From the NCBI RefSeq assembly GCF_000341395.1, contig NC_020304.1:1260001-1292000 (forward strand): a stretch of 32,000 nt of DNA. Direction: 5' to 3'. Each line of letters starts with the position of its first letter. Positions within the stretch are counted from its first letter, which is position 1. The notes under the pieces are model-generated. The model had not been told where the DNA came from. It saw only the letters and a program-made list of their open reading frames with translations, and searched no databases. A program made the translations under genes and the position numbers. Origin of the DNA: Desulfocapsa sulfexigens DSM 10523. Its GTDB lineage: Bacteria > Desulfobacterota > Desulfobulbia > Desulfobulbales > Desulfocapsaceae. Below, piece after piece: positions 17,216-27,099 of the stretch.

Positions 17216-17950
17216 TTACATATTGCCGAGTAAATGCTGGATAATTGACACGGCGGCAATATTCGCGGTCTCTGCCTTTAAGACCCTGGGGCCAAGGCTT
17301 AAAATCTGAAAATCTGCTTTTTTAGCAGCCTCAACCTCTGTAACAGGAAAACCGCCCTCCGGACCAAAGACAATTTGCAGGCCAGCCCTGTCCATTTGTA
17401 AGGAACAGGAATGCAGAGAATTTTTCTGCTGCTCTTCTTCCCAGAACAGGATTTTCTGTACAGAGTTATCATGCTGCACAAGCATTTCATTAAAAGAAAG
17501 CAGAGGGTTCAACTGCATCATGATGGGATTGTTGCACTGCTTGCATGCCTCTTCCACTATTCGCTGCCAACGTTCATATTTTTTAGAGACCTTATCGAGT
17601 TCTGCTTTTTTCAGCTGGCAGCGATCGCTATAAAATGGCGTGAATTCGAAGACTCCAAGTTCCGTGCATTTTTGTACCAGCAACTCCATTTTTTGTCCCT
17701 TGAGAATACTTTGGTGTACCCGAAGGGGTGTTTCATCCCGCTGAACGTGTGTCGATGATAGAATGCGTAATCGTGTTTGTTTGCCAAGGGAAACAATTTC
17801 AGCATCGTGAATATTACCCTTGCCATCGAGGAGTTGCAGCGGGGTACCAACTGATAATCGAAGTACCTTGCTGATATGGTGAGACTCCTGTTCTGAGAGG
17901 AATATCTCAGGAGTGATGGTGGTGTCGGGTTGTATAAAGAATCGACGCAT
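17216..17950 (-). CDS. rsmE: 16S rRNA (uracil-1498-N3)-methyltransferase
   Basis: MRRFFIQ...HHISKVLRLSVGTPLQLLDG, ELLVQKCTELGV, IVFGPEGGFPVTEVEAA, LSLGPRVLKAETANIAAVSIIQ. Confidence 0.93.
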   Translation of the reverse strand: MRRFFIQPDTTITPEIFLSEQESHHISKVLRLSVGTPLQLLDGKGNIHDAEIVSLGKQTRLRILSSTHVQRDETPLRVHQSILKGQKMELLVQKCTELGVFEFTPFYSDRCQLKKAELDKVSKKYERWQRIVEEACKQCNNPIMMQLNPLLSFNEMLVQHDNSVQKILFWEEEQQKNSLHSCSLQMDRAGLQIVFGPEGGFPVTEVEAAKKADFQILSLGPRVLKAETANIAAVSIIQHLLGNM

Positions 17951-18154
17951 AAAAGAAATGACTTCTTATGGAGAATTTTAACGAAATTGTTTTGCCGGAA
18001 AGTCCACAGATGCGTATCCTTCCACAAAATAGATGGAATCGCAAAAGAAAAGAAACAGCTAGTGCAGGAAAAAGTTGCCTTCTCAAAATGGAGAAGATAA
18101 CATTATTACAAGATTTGTGGATTTGATTTGAGTCAGTGAACTCCAGGAGTAAAA

Positions 18155-18538
18155 ATGTCAGGCGATGAACGTAGGGTACATAAGCGATTTTCCATGCGGA
18201 TCCAGACAAAGGTTACAGCTGAGACCTTGTCTGGGAAAACACCGATGATGGAATACCTGACGGCTAATATCAGCGCAGGTGGTGCTTTTATCGAAACCAA
18301 TCACCCACTGCCGCTGGCGAGCAAAGTCCGCATAGATTTCCTCCTATCCCTCGAAGATCTGCAAATCCTGAAATTTATTCTTTCCCTTGAAACTTTGAAA
18401 AGCTGGAAAAGAGAGCGAGTATGGGTGCGTGCCTCCGGTATAGTGGCCAGATGCGAAGCAAACGGCATGGGCATTATGTTTGATGAAAATTATCAGATCA
18501 ACCCCATGGACAGGCCAGAAGGTCCAGAGAACGGCTGA
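18155..18538 (+). CDS. Single-domain PilZ protein
   Basis: RRVHKRF and downstream NISAGGAF match PilZ RxxxR and D/NxSxxG signatures. Confidence 0.85.
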   Translation: MSGDERRVHKRFSMRIQTKVTAETLSGKTPMMEYLTANISAGGAFIETNHPLPLASKVRIDFLLSLEDLQILKFILSLETLKSWKRERVWVRASGIVARCEANGMGIMFDENYQINPMDRPEGPENG

Positions 18539-18604
18539 TATCGATGACCGGTGATGTCCTGAAAAACATCAAAGAAGCACTGGCTCAAAGGACTTGCCAG
18601 GGAA

Positions 18605-19516
18605 CTAATCGGTTTTTGTAAAATGGAGAGCAACCCACTCCTTCCGTTGTTTTTTTTCTGTAAACAAAAAACCACAACCGGTGAATACACGAATGATATT
18701 CTTTTCCTGCTCACCATGAAGGATTCCTGACAGAACAAGATTCCCCTCTCTAACCAGAAGGTTGCTGAAAGAATCAGTCATGGTGATCAGTGCATCATGG
18801 ATGATATTGGCAACAATAAGGTTAAACGACCCCTTTATTTGCTGCAGCGGTTCATGTGAGACATCCATTACAGAATCCAGGTTGTTCAGGCTGACGTTTT
18901 CAAGGGCAACACGCACTGCCTCCGGGTCATTGTCAATCCCGAGCACATGTGTGGCGCCGAAAAGGGCTGCTCCCATTCCAAGGATTCCGGTGCCAGTTCC
19001 CACATCAAGGATGCGTTGATCTTTGTCGTGGGCAAGTATTTGTCTGATAAAGTCGAGGGTCAGACTTGTTGTTGCGTGGTGTCCGGTCCCAAAGGCCATT
19101 CCCGGATCCATAATGATGACCCGCTCACCCTCCTGTGCCGTATACTCCTCCCAGGTGGGCGCTATTATCAATCCTTCGGTGATTGCAAAGGGTTTGAAGT
19201 GGACCTTCCAGTTATTTGACCAGTCCTGGTCTTCGATACGTTTCCAGGAAATAATCGGTTTTTCAACCTGAAAAATTGTTGCCAGTTCCGTGAGGTAACA
19301 TTCAAGTTGGTTCCGGAGTAACTGTTGTGTTTCGCTGGTGGGGTTTTTTTCTTTCAGGTAGGTGTTGAGGTGAAGAGCAGGACCCTTTACGTCGACGGAC
19401 TGTTCGACGCTGGCCCCCATCACACCAACCAGATAGTCCACAATGGCTTCCTCCAGGGTGGGATTTGTTATGATATGAGCACTTATCCAAAAGCTTGAAT
19501 TTTCGTTGTTTTTCAT
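18605..19516 (-). CDS. prmA: Ribosomal protein L11 methyltransferase
   Basis: PGMAFGTGHHATTSLTLDFI, ILDVGTGTGILGMGAALFGATHVLGIDNDPEAV, FNLIVANI. Start placed at MKNNENS. Confidence 0.93.
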   Translation of the reverse strand: MKNNENSSFWISAHIITNPTLEEAIVDYLVGVMGASVEQSVDVKGPALHLNTYLKEKNPTSETQQLLRNQLECYLTELATIFQVEKPIISWKRIEDQDWSNNWKVHFKPFAITEGLIIAPTWEEYTAQEGERVIIMDPGMAFGTGHHATTSLTLDFIRQILAHDKDQRILDVGTGTGILGMGAALFGATHVLGIDNDPEAVRVALENVSLNNLDSVMDVSHEPLQQIKGSFNLIVANIIHDALITMTDSFSNLLVREGNLVLSGILHGEQEKNIIRVFTGCGFLFTEKKQRKEWVALHFTKTD

Positions 19517-19592
19517 GTTTTCCGAGTGTGTACGTGGGAGTGTTTGGATATCATCGATCAATTTTGTTTATATATGTTATAAGCAATATTTC

Positions 19593-19620
19593 TTGACAAG
19601 GTTTCACATCCTGTTATTTT
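19593..19620 (+). promoter_or_regulatory. Candidate sigma-70-type promoter for the RACE gene
   Basis: TTGACA - 16 bp - TATTTT in the prmA/RACE divergent intergenic region. Confidence 0.35.
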
Positions 19621-19667
19621 TATGCTGACCTGAGAGCACTTGAATTTTGATCAGAGAGAGACATTCA

Positions 19668-21584
19668 ATGAAACATAACATACATTTTTTGCCCGATGAC
19701 GTCCATGTCACAGTTGAGGACGGTGAAAATCTTCTTAGTGCGGCTGCAGCGGCAGGGGTCTATATACATGCCTATTGTGGTGGTGATGGCGTTTGCGGAA
19801 AGTGTAAAGTTACATTGGAAAATGGTGATGTGGAATCTGATAGTGCTGCTTCCCTCAAAAAGGGGGAGTATGACAAGGGGGTACGTCTGGCTTGCAAGGC
19901 CAGGGTTGTGTCCGATATAACCGTCCGTATTCCTGAGATGGTGAAAGCGGATGGTAAGGCCTTAAAGTGTGCTCCTAAAACCACTCGGGCGATTTCTGCA
20001 CGATCCCTGGATTCGCTTATAGGATCATGGAGTGTGGATCCACCGGTTGGAAAGAAATTTCTAAAAATACCCCCTCCAACTCTCGAGGATAATATTTCAG
20101 ACATGCAGCGTTTGATGCGTGCCCTGAAAAATGCAAACCCGGATAGCCTTGAACCCAGTTATGATCATCCGGAACTTATTCATGAATTGCCACTGGTGCT
20201 CCGTGAGGCCAACTGGGATGTCACCGTTATACTTCTGCATGGCAAGGGACAAAAAGAGCCAGACAGGATTATTGCCGTTGAACCGGGTGATACAACAGAC
20301 CGTCTGTACGGTCTGGCCGTGGATATCGGTACCACTACCTGTGGGGGCGTTTTGATTGATCTCAACAGTGGTGAAATTGTTGCCGAAGGATCAGGTTACA
20401 ATGCGCAGATTGGTTACGGTGAGGATGTCATTTCCCGTATGATCTATTCTCAACGTCCTGGCGGACTTAAGGGGTTGCAGGGTAAAGTCATTCACACCAT
20501 CAATAATATTATTGAAGAGGTGTGTAAAAAGCATATCATCAGCCCCAGTGATATCAGCTATATCATGACGGCTGGAAATACAGTTATGGCCCATTTAATG
20601 CTGGCCATTAATCCAAAATTTTTGCGGGAAGCACCCTACGTCCCAAGCGTCAGTCAGTTTCCATTGACCAAGGCGGCAGGTCTGGGAATCATGGCCCATC
20701 CTTCTGTCAGAATGTTTCTCTATCCCTGTATTTCTTCCTATGTCGGTGGTGATATTGTGGCTGGGGTTCATGCCTGTCAGATGCAGAAAAGTGACGAAAT
20801 ATCACTGTTTATCGATATCGGTACTAACGGTGAAATTGTGGTTGGAAATAAGGACTGGATGGTTTGTGCGGCCTGTTCTGCAGGTCCTGCCTTTGAGGGT
20901 GGTGGCATAAAATTTGGGATGCGGGCCAGTCAGGGGGCCATTGAGAATTTTCAGATCCATCCCGAAACCTATGACCCGATGATTGTAACCATTGGTCAGA
21001 CAAAACCTCGTGGTATCTGTGGCTCCGGTTTGATTTCCATTGTAGCGGAGCTGTTGGATGCGGGAGTTCTTGATCCGCAGGGTAAGTTTAATCGCTCTCT
21101 GAACCATCCTCGAATTCGTGAAGGTGAGGATCGATGGGAATATGTTCTGGCCTGGGACAGAGATTCCATGATAGGTGAGGATATCGTTATTACTGAGGTC
21201 GATCTTGATAACCTGATCCGGGCTAAAGGTGCCATGTATGCGGGTTATCAGACATTACTTGAATCTGTCGGCCTTACCTTCAGTGATCTTGACCGGGTAA
21301 TCCTTGCCGGCAACTTTGGCTCCTACATTGATCTGGAACGGGCAATCAGCATAGGTCTGCTTCCCGATATTGACAGGGATCGCTTTTTCTATATCGGGAA
21401 CGCATCCATGCTTGGGTGCCAGATAAGCCTGACCGACCATAAGCGTTTTCGTGAAAGAGTCGCTGTGCGAACGCTTATGACAAATATGGAGCTCTCTGAA
21501 AATCCTGATTTTATGAATCATTATATGGCTGCTCTCTTTCTTCCCCATACGGACATGAGCCTGTTCCCCTCTGCCAAAAAATAA
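19668..21584 (+). CDS. Reductive activator of corrinoid proteins (2Fe-2S ferredoxin domain plus ASKHA/DUF4445-like ATPase)
   Basis: YCGGDGVCGKCKVTLENG...LACKA 2Fe-2S motif; LAVDIGTTTCGGVLIDLNSG, IDIGTNGEIVVG, CSAGPAFEGGGIKFGMRA, VILAGNFGSYIDLERAISIGLLPD. Confidence 0.93.
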   Translation: MKHNIHFLPDDVHVTVEDGENLLSAAAAAGVYIHAYCGGDGVCGKCKVTLENGDVESDSAASLKKGEYDKGVRLACKARVVSDITVRIPEMVKADGKALKCAPKTTRAISARSLDSLIGSWSVDPPVGKKFLKIPPPTLEDNISDMQRLMRALKNANPDSLEPSYDHPELIHELPLVLREANWDVTVILLHGKGQKEPDRIIAVEPGDTTDRLYGLAVDIGTTTCGGVLIDLNSGEIVAEGSGYNAQIGYGEDVISRMIYSQRPGGLKGLQGKVIHTINNIIEEVCKKHIISPSDISYIMTAGNTVMAHLMLAINPKFLREAPYVPSVSQFPLTKAAGLGIMAHPSVRMFLYPCISSYVGGDIVAGVHACQMQKSDEISLFIDIGTNGEIVVGNKDWMVCAACSAGPAFEGGGIKFGMRASQGAIENFQIHPETYDPMIVTIGQTKPRGICGSGLISIVAELLDAGVLDPQGKFNRSLNHPRIREGEDRWEYVLAWDRDSMIGEDIVITEVDLDNLIRAKGAMYAGYQTLLESVGLTFSDLDRVILAGNFGSYIDLERAISIGLLPDIDRDRFFYIGNASMLGCQISLTDHKRFRERVAVRTLMTNMELSENPDFMNHYMAALFLPHTDMSLFPSAKK

Positions 21585-21656
21585 GGAGCAGGAACTCCCG
21601 CATTGAGAACTGCGTCTTGCAGGGGAACGCGTGGCGCTCAGAATTGACAAAAAACT

Positions 21657-21683
21657 AAAAAACGTTTAAATTGACGTTTTTAT
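21657..21683 (+). terminator. Weak terminator-like hairpin between the RACE and acsE-like genes
   Basis: AAAAACGT-ttaaattg-ACGTTTTT; AT-rich stem. Confidence 0.3.
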
Positions 21684-21741
21684 GTGTATTGATAAAAAAT
21701 AATTGAAAAATACAATAATTTAGAGACTTAAGGAGAGTACA

Positions 21742-22638
21742 ATGGGTCAGACAGTTAAAGCAATTGCAGAAAGTATCAATATCATGGGTAAGCGCAGTGG
21801 TGGCGCCATGAAAGATCGTGTTCAGGGCCCAGTTCAGGAGATGGCAAAAGAGGAGACTGCTGCAGGAGCTTCCTATCTTGATCTGAATATCGGACCTGCT
21901 CGTAAAGATGGTACCGAACTTCTTCCATGGGTTGTTAGCACTGTTGAAGCGGTTACTGATGTTCCCCTCTGTCTCGATACCACTAATATGGATGCGATGG
22001 CGGCCGGTTTTAAGGCTGTAAAAAACAAGGAACAGGCTCTGATGAACTCCATTTCTGCTCAGCCCGAGCGTATGGAACAGATGATTCCCGTTGCTGCTGA
22101 GATGAAATGTGACGTTATTGCTCTACTCTGGGGTGCTGATGGCATGCCTCGTGATTCTGCTGAGCGTGCGGCCATGTCCGTTGATTTGATGATGGCATTG
22201 AACGAAGGTGGTATCCCTAACGAGAAGATCCTTTTCGATCCAATCGGAACTCCTATTACTCTTGGTGCTGATCAGATTGCCTCTGGACTCGAGTTTATGG
22301 AAATGCTGGCGGACATTGCTCCCGGTGCTGGATCCACCGTTGGGCTTTCCAATGTTTCCAATGGTGTTGCTGAGCATCTTCGTAAGTACCTGGATCGTAC
22401 CTACCTGATCATGCTGATGAAGTATGGAATTTCCACGGCTATTGTTAACTCCTATGATGCAGAGTTGATGGCAATTTGCAAAGGTGAGCGCCAGGAGCAT
22501 GTGGATATGATCCATGCAATGATGGACGGTGACGATCCGGGTGTTTCACGGCTTTCAGGGGTAGCTCTTGAACATTACAAGACCTACAAAGCACTTTCCG
22601 GACAGACTGTATTCTCTGAATCCTGGCTTGAACTCTAG
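21742..22638 (+). CDS. acsE: Methyltetrahydrofolate:corrinoid methyltransferase, AcsE/pterin-binding family
   Basis: MGKRSGGAMKDRVQGPVQEMAKEETAAGASYLDLNIGP, VPLCLDTTNMDAMAAG, NSISAQ, GLSNVSNGV pterin-binding TIM-barrel motifs; adjacency to RACE. Confidence 0.85.
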   Translation: MGQTVKAIAESINIMGKRSGGAMKDRVQGPVQEMAKEETAAGASYLDLNIGPARKDGTELLPWVVSTVEAVTDVPLCLDTTNMDAMAAGFKAVKNKEQALMNSISAQPERMEQMIPVAAEMKCDVIALLWGADGMPRDSAERAAMSVDLMMALNEGGIPNEKILFDPIGTPITLGADQIASGLEFMEMLADIAPGAGSTVGLSNVSNGVAEHLRKYLDRTYLIMLMKYGISTAIVNSYDAELMAICKGERQEHVDMIHAMMDGDDPGVSRLSGVALEHYKTYKALSGQTVFSESWLEL

Positions 22639-22663
22639 AAGCTGGTAGGGAGTAGCTTTGATG

Positions 22664-22692
22664 ATGCCCTTCCTTATATCAAGGAGGGGCAT
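22664..22692. repeat. Strong hairpin immediately upstream of the HsdR_N-like gene's ribosome site
   Basis: ATGCCCtTCCTT-atatc-AAGGAgGGGCAT, 12-position stem with one G-T wobble; no immediate T tract. Confidence 0.5.
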
Positions 22693-22707
22693 TCGTGTTT
22701 AGGAGGA

Positions 22708-23268
22708 ATGGATGTGAATGATGTTCCAACTCACCACATGGTTTATGGTACACTGAGGGATTTTATCACTGGGGAAGAACTTGTAGATACCGATGATGAA
22801 CGTATTCGTCAGGACTTATCGAGAATGATGGTTGAAAAACTGGGATATAATAAGGAAGAGTTGGAACCCCGCTGTTTTATTGAAACCCTTTTCAACCGTC
22901 AGTTTGTACGTTCAAATATTGAGCTTGCGGTTACCCTGAAAGGTTTTGGCAAAAAATTCCTTGTAATACGTTATGGGGCTGGATCATTGGTTAGCCGGGA
23001 ACGTTCAGCGATTGCTGCGGCGAGGGTGCTTGAAAAAAGCTACCAGATTCCCCTTGCTGTGGTGACGAATGGGCGTGATGCCGAGTTACTCGATACTGCC
23101 ACCAAAGAGGTTCTGGCTACTGGCATGGAGGCAATTCCCACAAGAAATCGTGCCGAAAAGATGCTCGCTGAACTAGAATTTCGAGCTCCTGCTGAAGGCA
23201 AGAAGAGAGAAGGGGAGATGCGGATTTTAAACGCATTTGATGTGGAAGTCTGCTGCCGCAGTATATAA
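22708..23268 (+). CDS. Stand-alone type I restriction R-subunit N-terminal-like (HSDR_N family) protein
   Basis: RIRQDLSRMMVEKLGYNKEELEPRC...ELAVTLKGFGKKFLVIRYGAGSLVSRERSAIAAARVLEKSYQIPLAVVTNGRDAELLDT; AGGAGGA upstream. Confidence 0.75.
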   Translation: MDVNDVPTHHMVYGTLRDFITGEELVDTDDERIRQDLSRMMVEKLGYNKEELEPRCFIETLFNRQFVRSNIELAVTLKGFGKKFLVIRYGAGSLVSRERSAIAAARVLEKSYQIPLAVVTNGRDAELLDTATKEVLATGMEAIPTRNRAEKMLAELEFRAPAEGKKREGEMRILNAFDVEVCCRSI

Positions 23269-23332
23269 GAGCTATACCTTGCGGGGAGGGGTGTTTCCGC
23301 AGGAAAATTATTTAACAACTGAGAGAAAGAGC

Positions 23333-24682
23333 ATGGGAACAGAACAGAATAAATGGACGAAAACAAGCTGGAAGAACTTCACAGCCCTTCAGCAACCTAA
23401 ATGGCCGGATATGACGGCCCATGATGCGGTGCTTGAAAGACTTTCCACTTTACCGCCTCTGGTTTTCGCAGGTGAAATCAGAGATCTCAAGGCTCTGCTT
23501 GCCAAAGCCGTAACGGGAGATGCCTTTCTTGTTCAGGGGGGTGACTGTTCCGAGGATTTTTCCCAGGTTACGGCCCCTAATATTCGTGAGAAACTGAGAG
23601 TTCTGTTGCAGATGGCCGTAGTGTTGACGTATGCCGGTGGCAAACCGGTTATCAAGCTTGGCCGCATTGCTGGACAATTTGCCAAACCCCGTTCTGCAGA
23701 TACGGAAATGGTTGATGGTGTAGAGCTTATGTCTTACCGGGGAGACATGGTGAATAGTTCTGAACCCCTTGCGGCAGCTCGTATTCCCGATCCTAACCGG
23801 ATGCTGGAAGGGTATTATATGGCGGCATCAACCCTGAATCTCCTTCGTGCTTTTACACGTGGCGGTTTTGCTGCTTTACACAGAGTATCGGCATGGAATC
23901 AGGAGTTTGTGAAACAATCTCCCATGGGACGCAGTTATGAAAGACTTGGAAAACAGATTCAACAGGCTCTGCAATTCATGGAGACCATCGGTATTGATTC
24001 CAATAGTCCCCAGATGAAGCAGGCACAGTTTTTTACCTCCCATGAAGCATTGCTGCTTGGATATGAGACGGCCCTTACTCGGGAAGATTCAACCAGAGGA
24101 GGTTGGTATGACTGTTCGGCCCATATGCTCTGGATTGGTGAGCGGACCCGGCAGGTGGATGGAGCCCATGTGGAATTTTTACGGGGCGTGAACAATCCAA
24201 TAGGGGTGAAGATAGGACCGGATTATGATCTTGATAATGTGAAACAACTTATTGAGACGCTGAATCCCGAAAATGAAGCAGGCCGTTTGACCCTGATAAC
24301 CAGGCTAGGTATGAAAAATATCGAAAAAGTGTTGCCTCCGCTTCTTCGTGAAGCCAAAAGGGAAGGTTATAATATAGTTTGGAGCTGTGATCCCATGCAT
24401 GCCAATACCTATACGGCAAAAAGTGGCCATAAGACACGAAATTTCAATGATATACTCTCTGAAATAACCTGTTTCTTCGAAACCCATTGGGCAGAGGGAA
24501 CTATCCCTGGTGGCATTCATCTCGAGATGACCGGCAATAATGTTACTGAATGTACCGGAGGTGCCAGAAATATCGTTGATGAGGAGTTAATGAATAACTA
24601 CCTTACGACATGTGATCCACGCCTCAATGCTGAGCAGAGCCTGGAAGTGGCCTTTCAGATAGCAGACATGATCCGTAGTTAA
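23333..24682 (+). CDS. Class II (plant-type) 3-deoxy-7-phosphoheptulonate synthase
   Basis: FLVQGGDCSEDF, VIKLGRIAGQFAKPRS, YRGDMVN, FFTSHEALLLGYE, HMLWIGERTRQ, NPIGVKIGP, WSCDPMHANTYTAKSGHKTRNF, GIHLEMTGNNVTEC. Confidence 0.96.
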   Translation: MGTEQNKWTKTSWKNFTALQQPKWPDMTAHDAVLERLSTLPPLVFAGEIRDLKALLAKAVTGDAFLVQGGDCSEDFSQVTAPNIREKLRVLLQMAVVLTYAGGKPVIKLGRIAGQFAKPRSADTEMVDGVELMSYRGDMVNSSEPLAAARIPDPNRMLEGYYMAASTLNLLRAFTRGGFAALHRVSAWNQEFVKQSPMGRSYERLGKQIQQALQFMETIGIDSNSPQMKQAQFFTSHEALLLGYETALTREDSTRGGWYDCSAHMLWIGERTRQVDGAHVEFLRGVNNPIGVKIGPDYDLDNVKQLIETLNPENEAGRLTLITRLGMKNIEKVLPPLLREAKREGYNIVWSCDPMHANTYTAKSGHKTRNFNDILSEITCFFETHWAEGTIPGGIHLEMTGNNVTECTGGARNIVDEELMNNYLTTCDPRLNAEQSLEVAFQIADMIRS

Positions 24683-24746
24683 AAAAGCGGCTGCAGGTAC
24701 TGCATTTCGTTAAATGCGGTACCTATGGCCACTTCCTGCTTTTTTA
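24681..24746 (+). terminator. Strong terminator after the DAHP synthase gene
   Basis: AGGTACtGCATTT-cgtt-AAATGCgGTACCT nested within AAAAAAGC...GCTTTTTT. Confidence 0.7.
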
Positions 24747-25003
24747 TTCTATTTTCTTGTGTTGGGAAATTGAAAGATTATTGAATTTTCCAGTCACCTA
24801 TCTGCTTTTCGTTGTTTTTCCTTTCCTACCGATGATTTCCAGCTTGTTTTTGTACTGTTGAATTTCCATGTGTGGCCATTTCTTAAAAAAAGGTTTGAAT
24901 GGATGATAGTGAAATTTTGCAGGAGATTTGGGATTTTGGTACGTTACTGACATTAGAAGTGAGCTGTGGAATGCAATCAATACTGTCTTGAATGGAGGAT
25001 AAA

Positions 25004-25684
25004 ATGGTTAAACAATTTTTGTTGCTTGTATTTGTAATTTTATATGCTTCTGTGATATCCAGCCAGGCTGAAGACAGCGAAGTGATTTCAGGGGAAATTG
25101 TTACTGGATTCCGAGTGCTTACAGTTGACCCTGCCTCAAAAGATAATTATTTCACCGTCTATCGGGGAGATTATATAAAGTTCAGCTATCCGGAGGAATT
25201 CACCTCCCTGGCATTCAGTATGGAGGCGTTGAAGCTTGGAGATATGCTCTCTCCAAAACCGGAGGACTCTCCATTTTTTAAAATGAAGGCCGTGGGGAGC
25301 TACGATTATAGTCTTGGTGAGGGCGGTGGCAGCATCACCGTTGTTGACCTTGTACGTCCTAATTATACTGAGGTTACGGCCGATGAGGCTGCAGATATTT
25401 TAAAAAATCTTAAGCCGTTTATCCTTGATGTACGAACTCCTGAAGAATATCAGCAGGTGCATATTGAGGGAACACATCTGATTCCCATCCAGCAGTTGCA
25501 GGCAAGGATTGGAGAACTGGAACCCAGGAAGCATGAAGATGTTTTTATCTACTGTGCCACCGGAAACAGATCAACCGTTGCCTCGCGAATACTGGCTGAT
25601 CAGGGATTTAAACGGATTTACAATCTGCGTTACGGCGTCTATGACTGGGTACGTAAGGGGCATCCTTACAAAACCGGAAGGTGA
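25004..25684 (+). CDS. Exported rhodanese-like protein with unassigned N-terminal domain
   Basis: Signal peptide MVKQFLLLVFVILYASVISSQA; LKPFILDVRTPEEYQQVHIEGTHLIPIQQL...VFIYCATGNRSTVASRILADQGFKRIYNLRYGVYDWVRKGHP; GGAGG upstream. Confidence 0.88.
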   Translation: MVKQFLLLVFVILYASVISSQAEDSEVISGEIVTGFRVLTVDPASKDNYFTVYRGDYIKFSYPEEFTSLAFSMEALKLGDMLSPKPEDSPFFKMKAVGSYDYSLGEGGGSITVVDLVRPNYTEVTADEAADILKNLKPFILDVRTPEEYQQVHIEGTHLIPIQQLQARIGELEPRKHEDVFIYCATGNRSTVASRILADQGFKRIYNLRYGVYDWVRKGHPYKTGR

Positions 25685-25783
25685 TTTTTCTGATTCTGAC
25701 GCATCTTGTGCTACAATTATTTTTCTGGTAGCATATGATATTTACTCCTACTTATTGATATCTCTTGCTCTTGGTACTTTGCA

Positions 25784-26605
25784 ATGAAAATAAATACGGA
25801 AGTCATCCAAAAGATTTTTGTTGTTACTTGTGAAGGATCACGACTTGATGCCTCTTTCGCGCAGACTTTTTTTAACGCTATGCAGAGTTTTATTCAGAAA
25901 GGGCATATGGATATCGTGCTCGATCTTTCAAGTGTCGAATTTGTCGATTCCACCGGGCTTGGCGCTATTGTGCAGTGCCTGAAAGAAATTGATGGGCGTG
26001 GACTGCTGGTGCTGTGTGGTGTCAGTGAGATGGTTCTCAGCCTGCTGAAGATGACTCACCTGGATGATATATTTATTCAAGCCGCAGATCGTGACGAAGC
26101 TTTTAAGAAGCTTGGTGCAGAGAAGAAAAAAAGAAGTATTCCTCGTGAGGTGGAAACGGAATTTGTTGCTACTCCTGCCAAGGTAACAGGTTTTGATGAA
26201 GCCCTGCTCGCCTCCTTAACGATGGAAGATGCTGAAACAATTGAGGATGTTAGTGACGAAGAGCGAAGAAAATACCGGCGTCTTATCAGTAAGCAGATAA
26301 CGAATGAAGAAATCATTGTTCATTGCACCAACAGCAGTACCGGGAAACGTTCCACCGGAGTTGTTCTTGATATTTCTCCAGGTGGGCTTCTCCTGGTCTC
26401 GCCTTCAAAACTTTCAGTTGGCGACGAATTTATTCTGGAGGGACGTATTGGAAGAGCATTTAAATTCAAAGAACATACTGTGATCCGTAACTGTCGTGAT
26501 GGAAAATACGGTCTTGAGTTTATTAAGCCGTCCCGCAAAACCACCTCATTTATTCAGCAACTCACTGGTTCTGTGGTGTTGACTAAGAAATGGGCCAGGA
26601 ACTAA
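25784..26605 (+). CDS. STAS-domain protein fused to a C-terminal PilZ domain
   Basis: MDIVLDLSSVEFVDSTGLGAIVQCLKEIDGRGLLVLCGVS (STAS); RRKYRRLI...GVVLDISPGGLLLVSP (PilZ signatures). Confidence 0.88.
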   Translation: MKINTEVIQKIFVVTCEGSRLDASFAQTFFNAMQSFIQKGHMDIVLDLSSVEFVDSTGLGAIVQCLKEIDGRGLLVLCGVSEMVLSLLKMTHLDDIFIQAADRDEAFKKLGAEKKKRSIPREVETEFVATPAKVTGFDEALLASLTMEDAETIEDVSDEERRKYRRLISKQITNEEIIVHCTNSSTGKRSTGVVLDISPGGLLLVSPSKLSVGDEFILEGRIGRAFKFKEHTVIRNCRDGKYGLEFIKPSRKTTSFIQQLTGSVVLTKKWARN

Positions 26606-26641
26606 GTCTTCCATTAATACACGTAACTCCATACTGTTCTG

Positions 26642-27094
26642 ATGTCATCGGTAACGAATGAAATCCCCTCGGGTTCCTCTATAGTCTTCCGCGTTCCAGC
26701 ACGTCTTGCTGATGTTCGTTTGCTTGGTTTTTCAGTTCATGCCCTCTTCCAGAATCTTGGTTTTAATAATATCGAAACCTATCAGCTTGAACTGGCAGTG
26801 ACGGAATCAGCCAATAATATTGTCAAACATGCCTATAAGTTTGCAGAAGATACTTATTTCAACATGAAATTTACCACCACTGATGACAGGGTTATCTGCA
26901 CCTTTGTGGACCATGGAATATTTGAGAATTTTCTGAAAAACAATGGCCAGGGGGAAATTGCCATTAATACCAAAATACTTCCGCCAGATAGTAGAGGAAT
27001 TGCTATTATTTGCGAAGTTATGGATGAGGTAAGTTATCGCAGGTCAGGTGATAAGAATATTTTAAGACTTGTAAAATATTTCTCCCGGTTCTGA
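26642..27094 (+). CDS. RsbW-like serine kinase/anti-sigma-type HATPase
   Basis: YQLELAVTESANNIVKHAYKF...DRVICTFVDHGIF...SRGIAIICEVMDEVSYRRSGDKNILRLVK. Confidence 0.87.
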   Translation: MSSVTNEIPSGSSIVFRVPARLADVRLLGFSVHALFQNLGFNNIETYQLELAVTESANNIVKHAYKFAEDTYFNMKFTTTDDRVICTFVDHGIFENFLKNNGQGEIAINTKILPPDSRGIAIICEVMDEVSYRRSGDKNILRLVKYFSRF

Positions 27095-27099
27095 AGAAA

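Noticed and set aside
22708-23268. Restriction-modification or defence system
   Set aside because: Only an isolated HSDR_N-like domain is present; no methylase, specificity or helicase gene nearby, and neighbours are metabolic.
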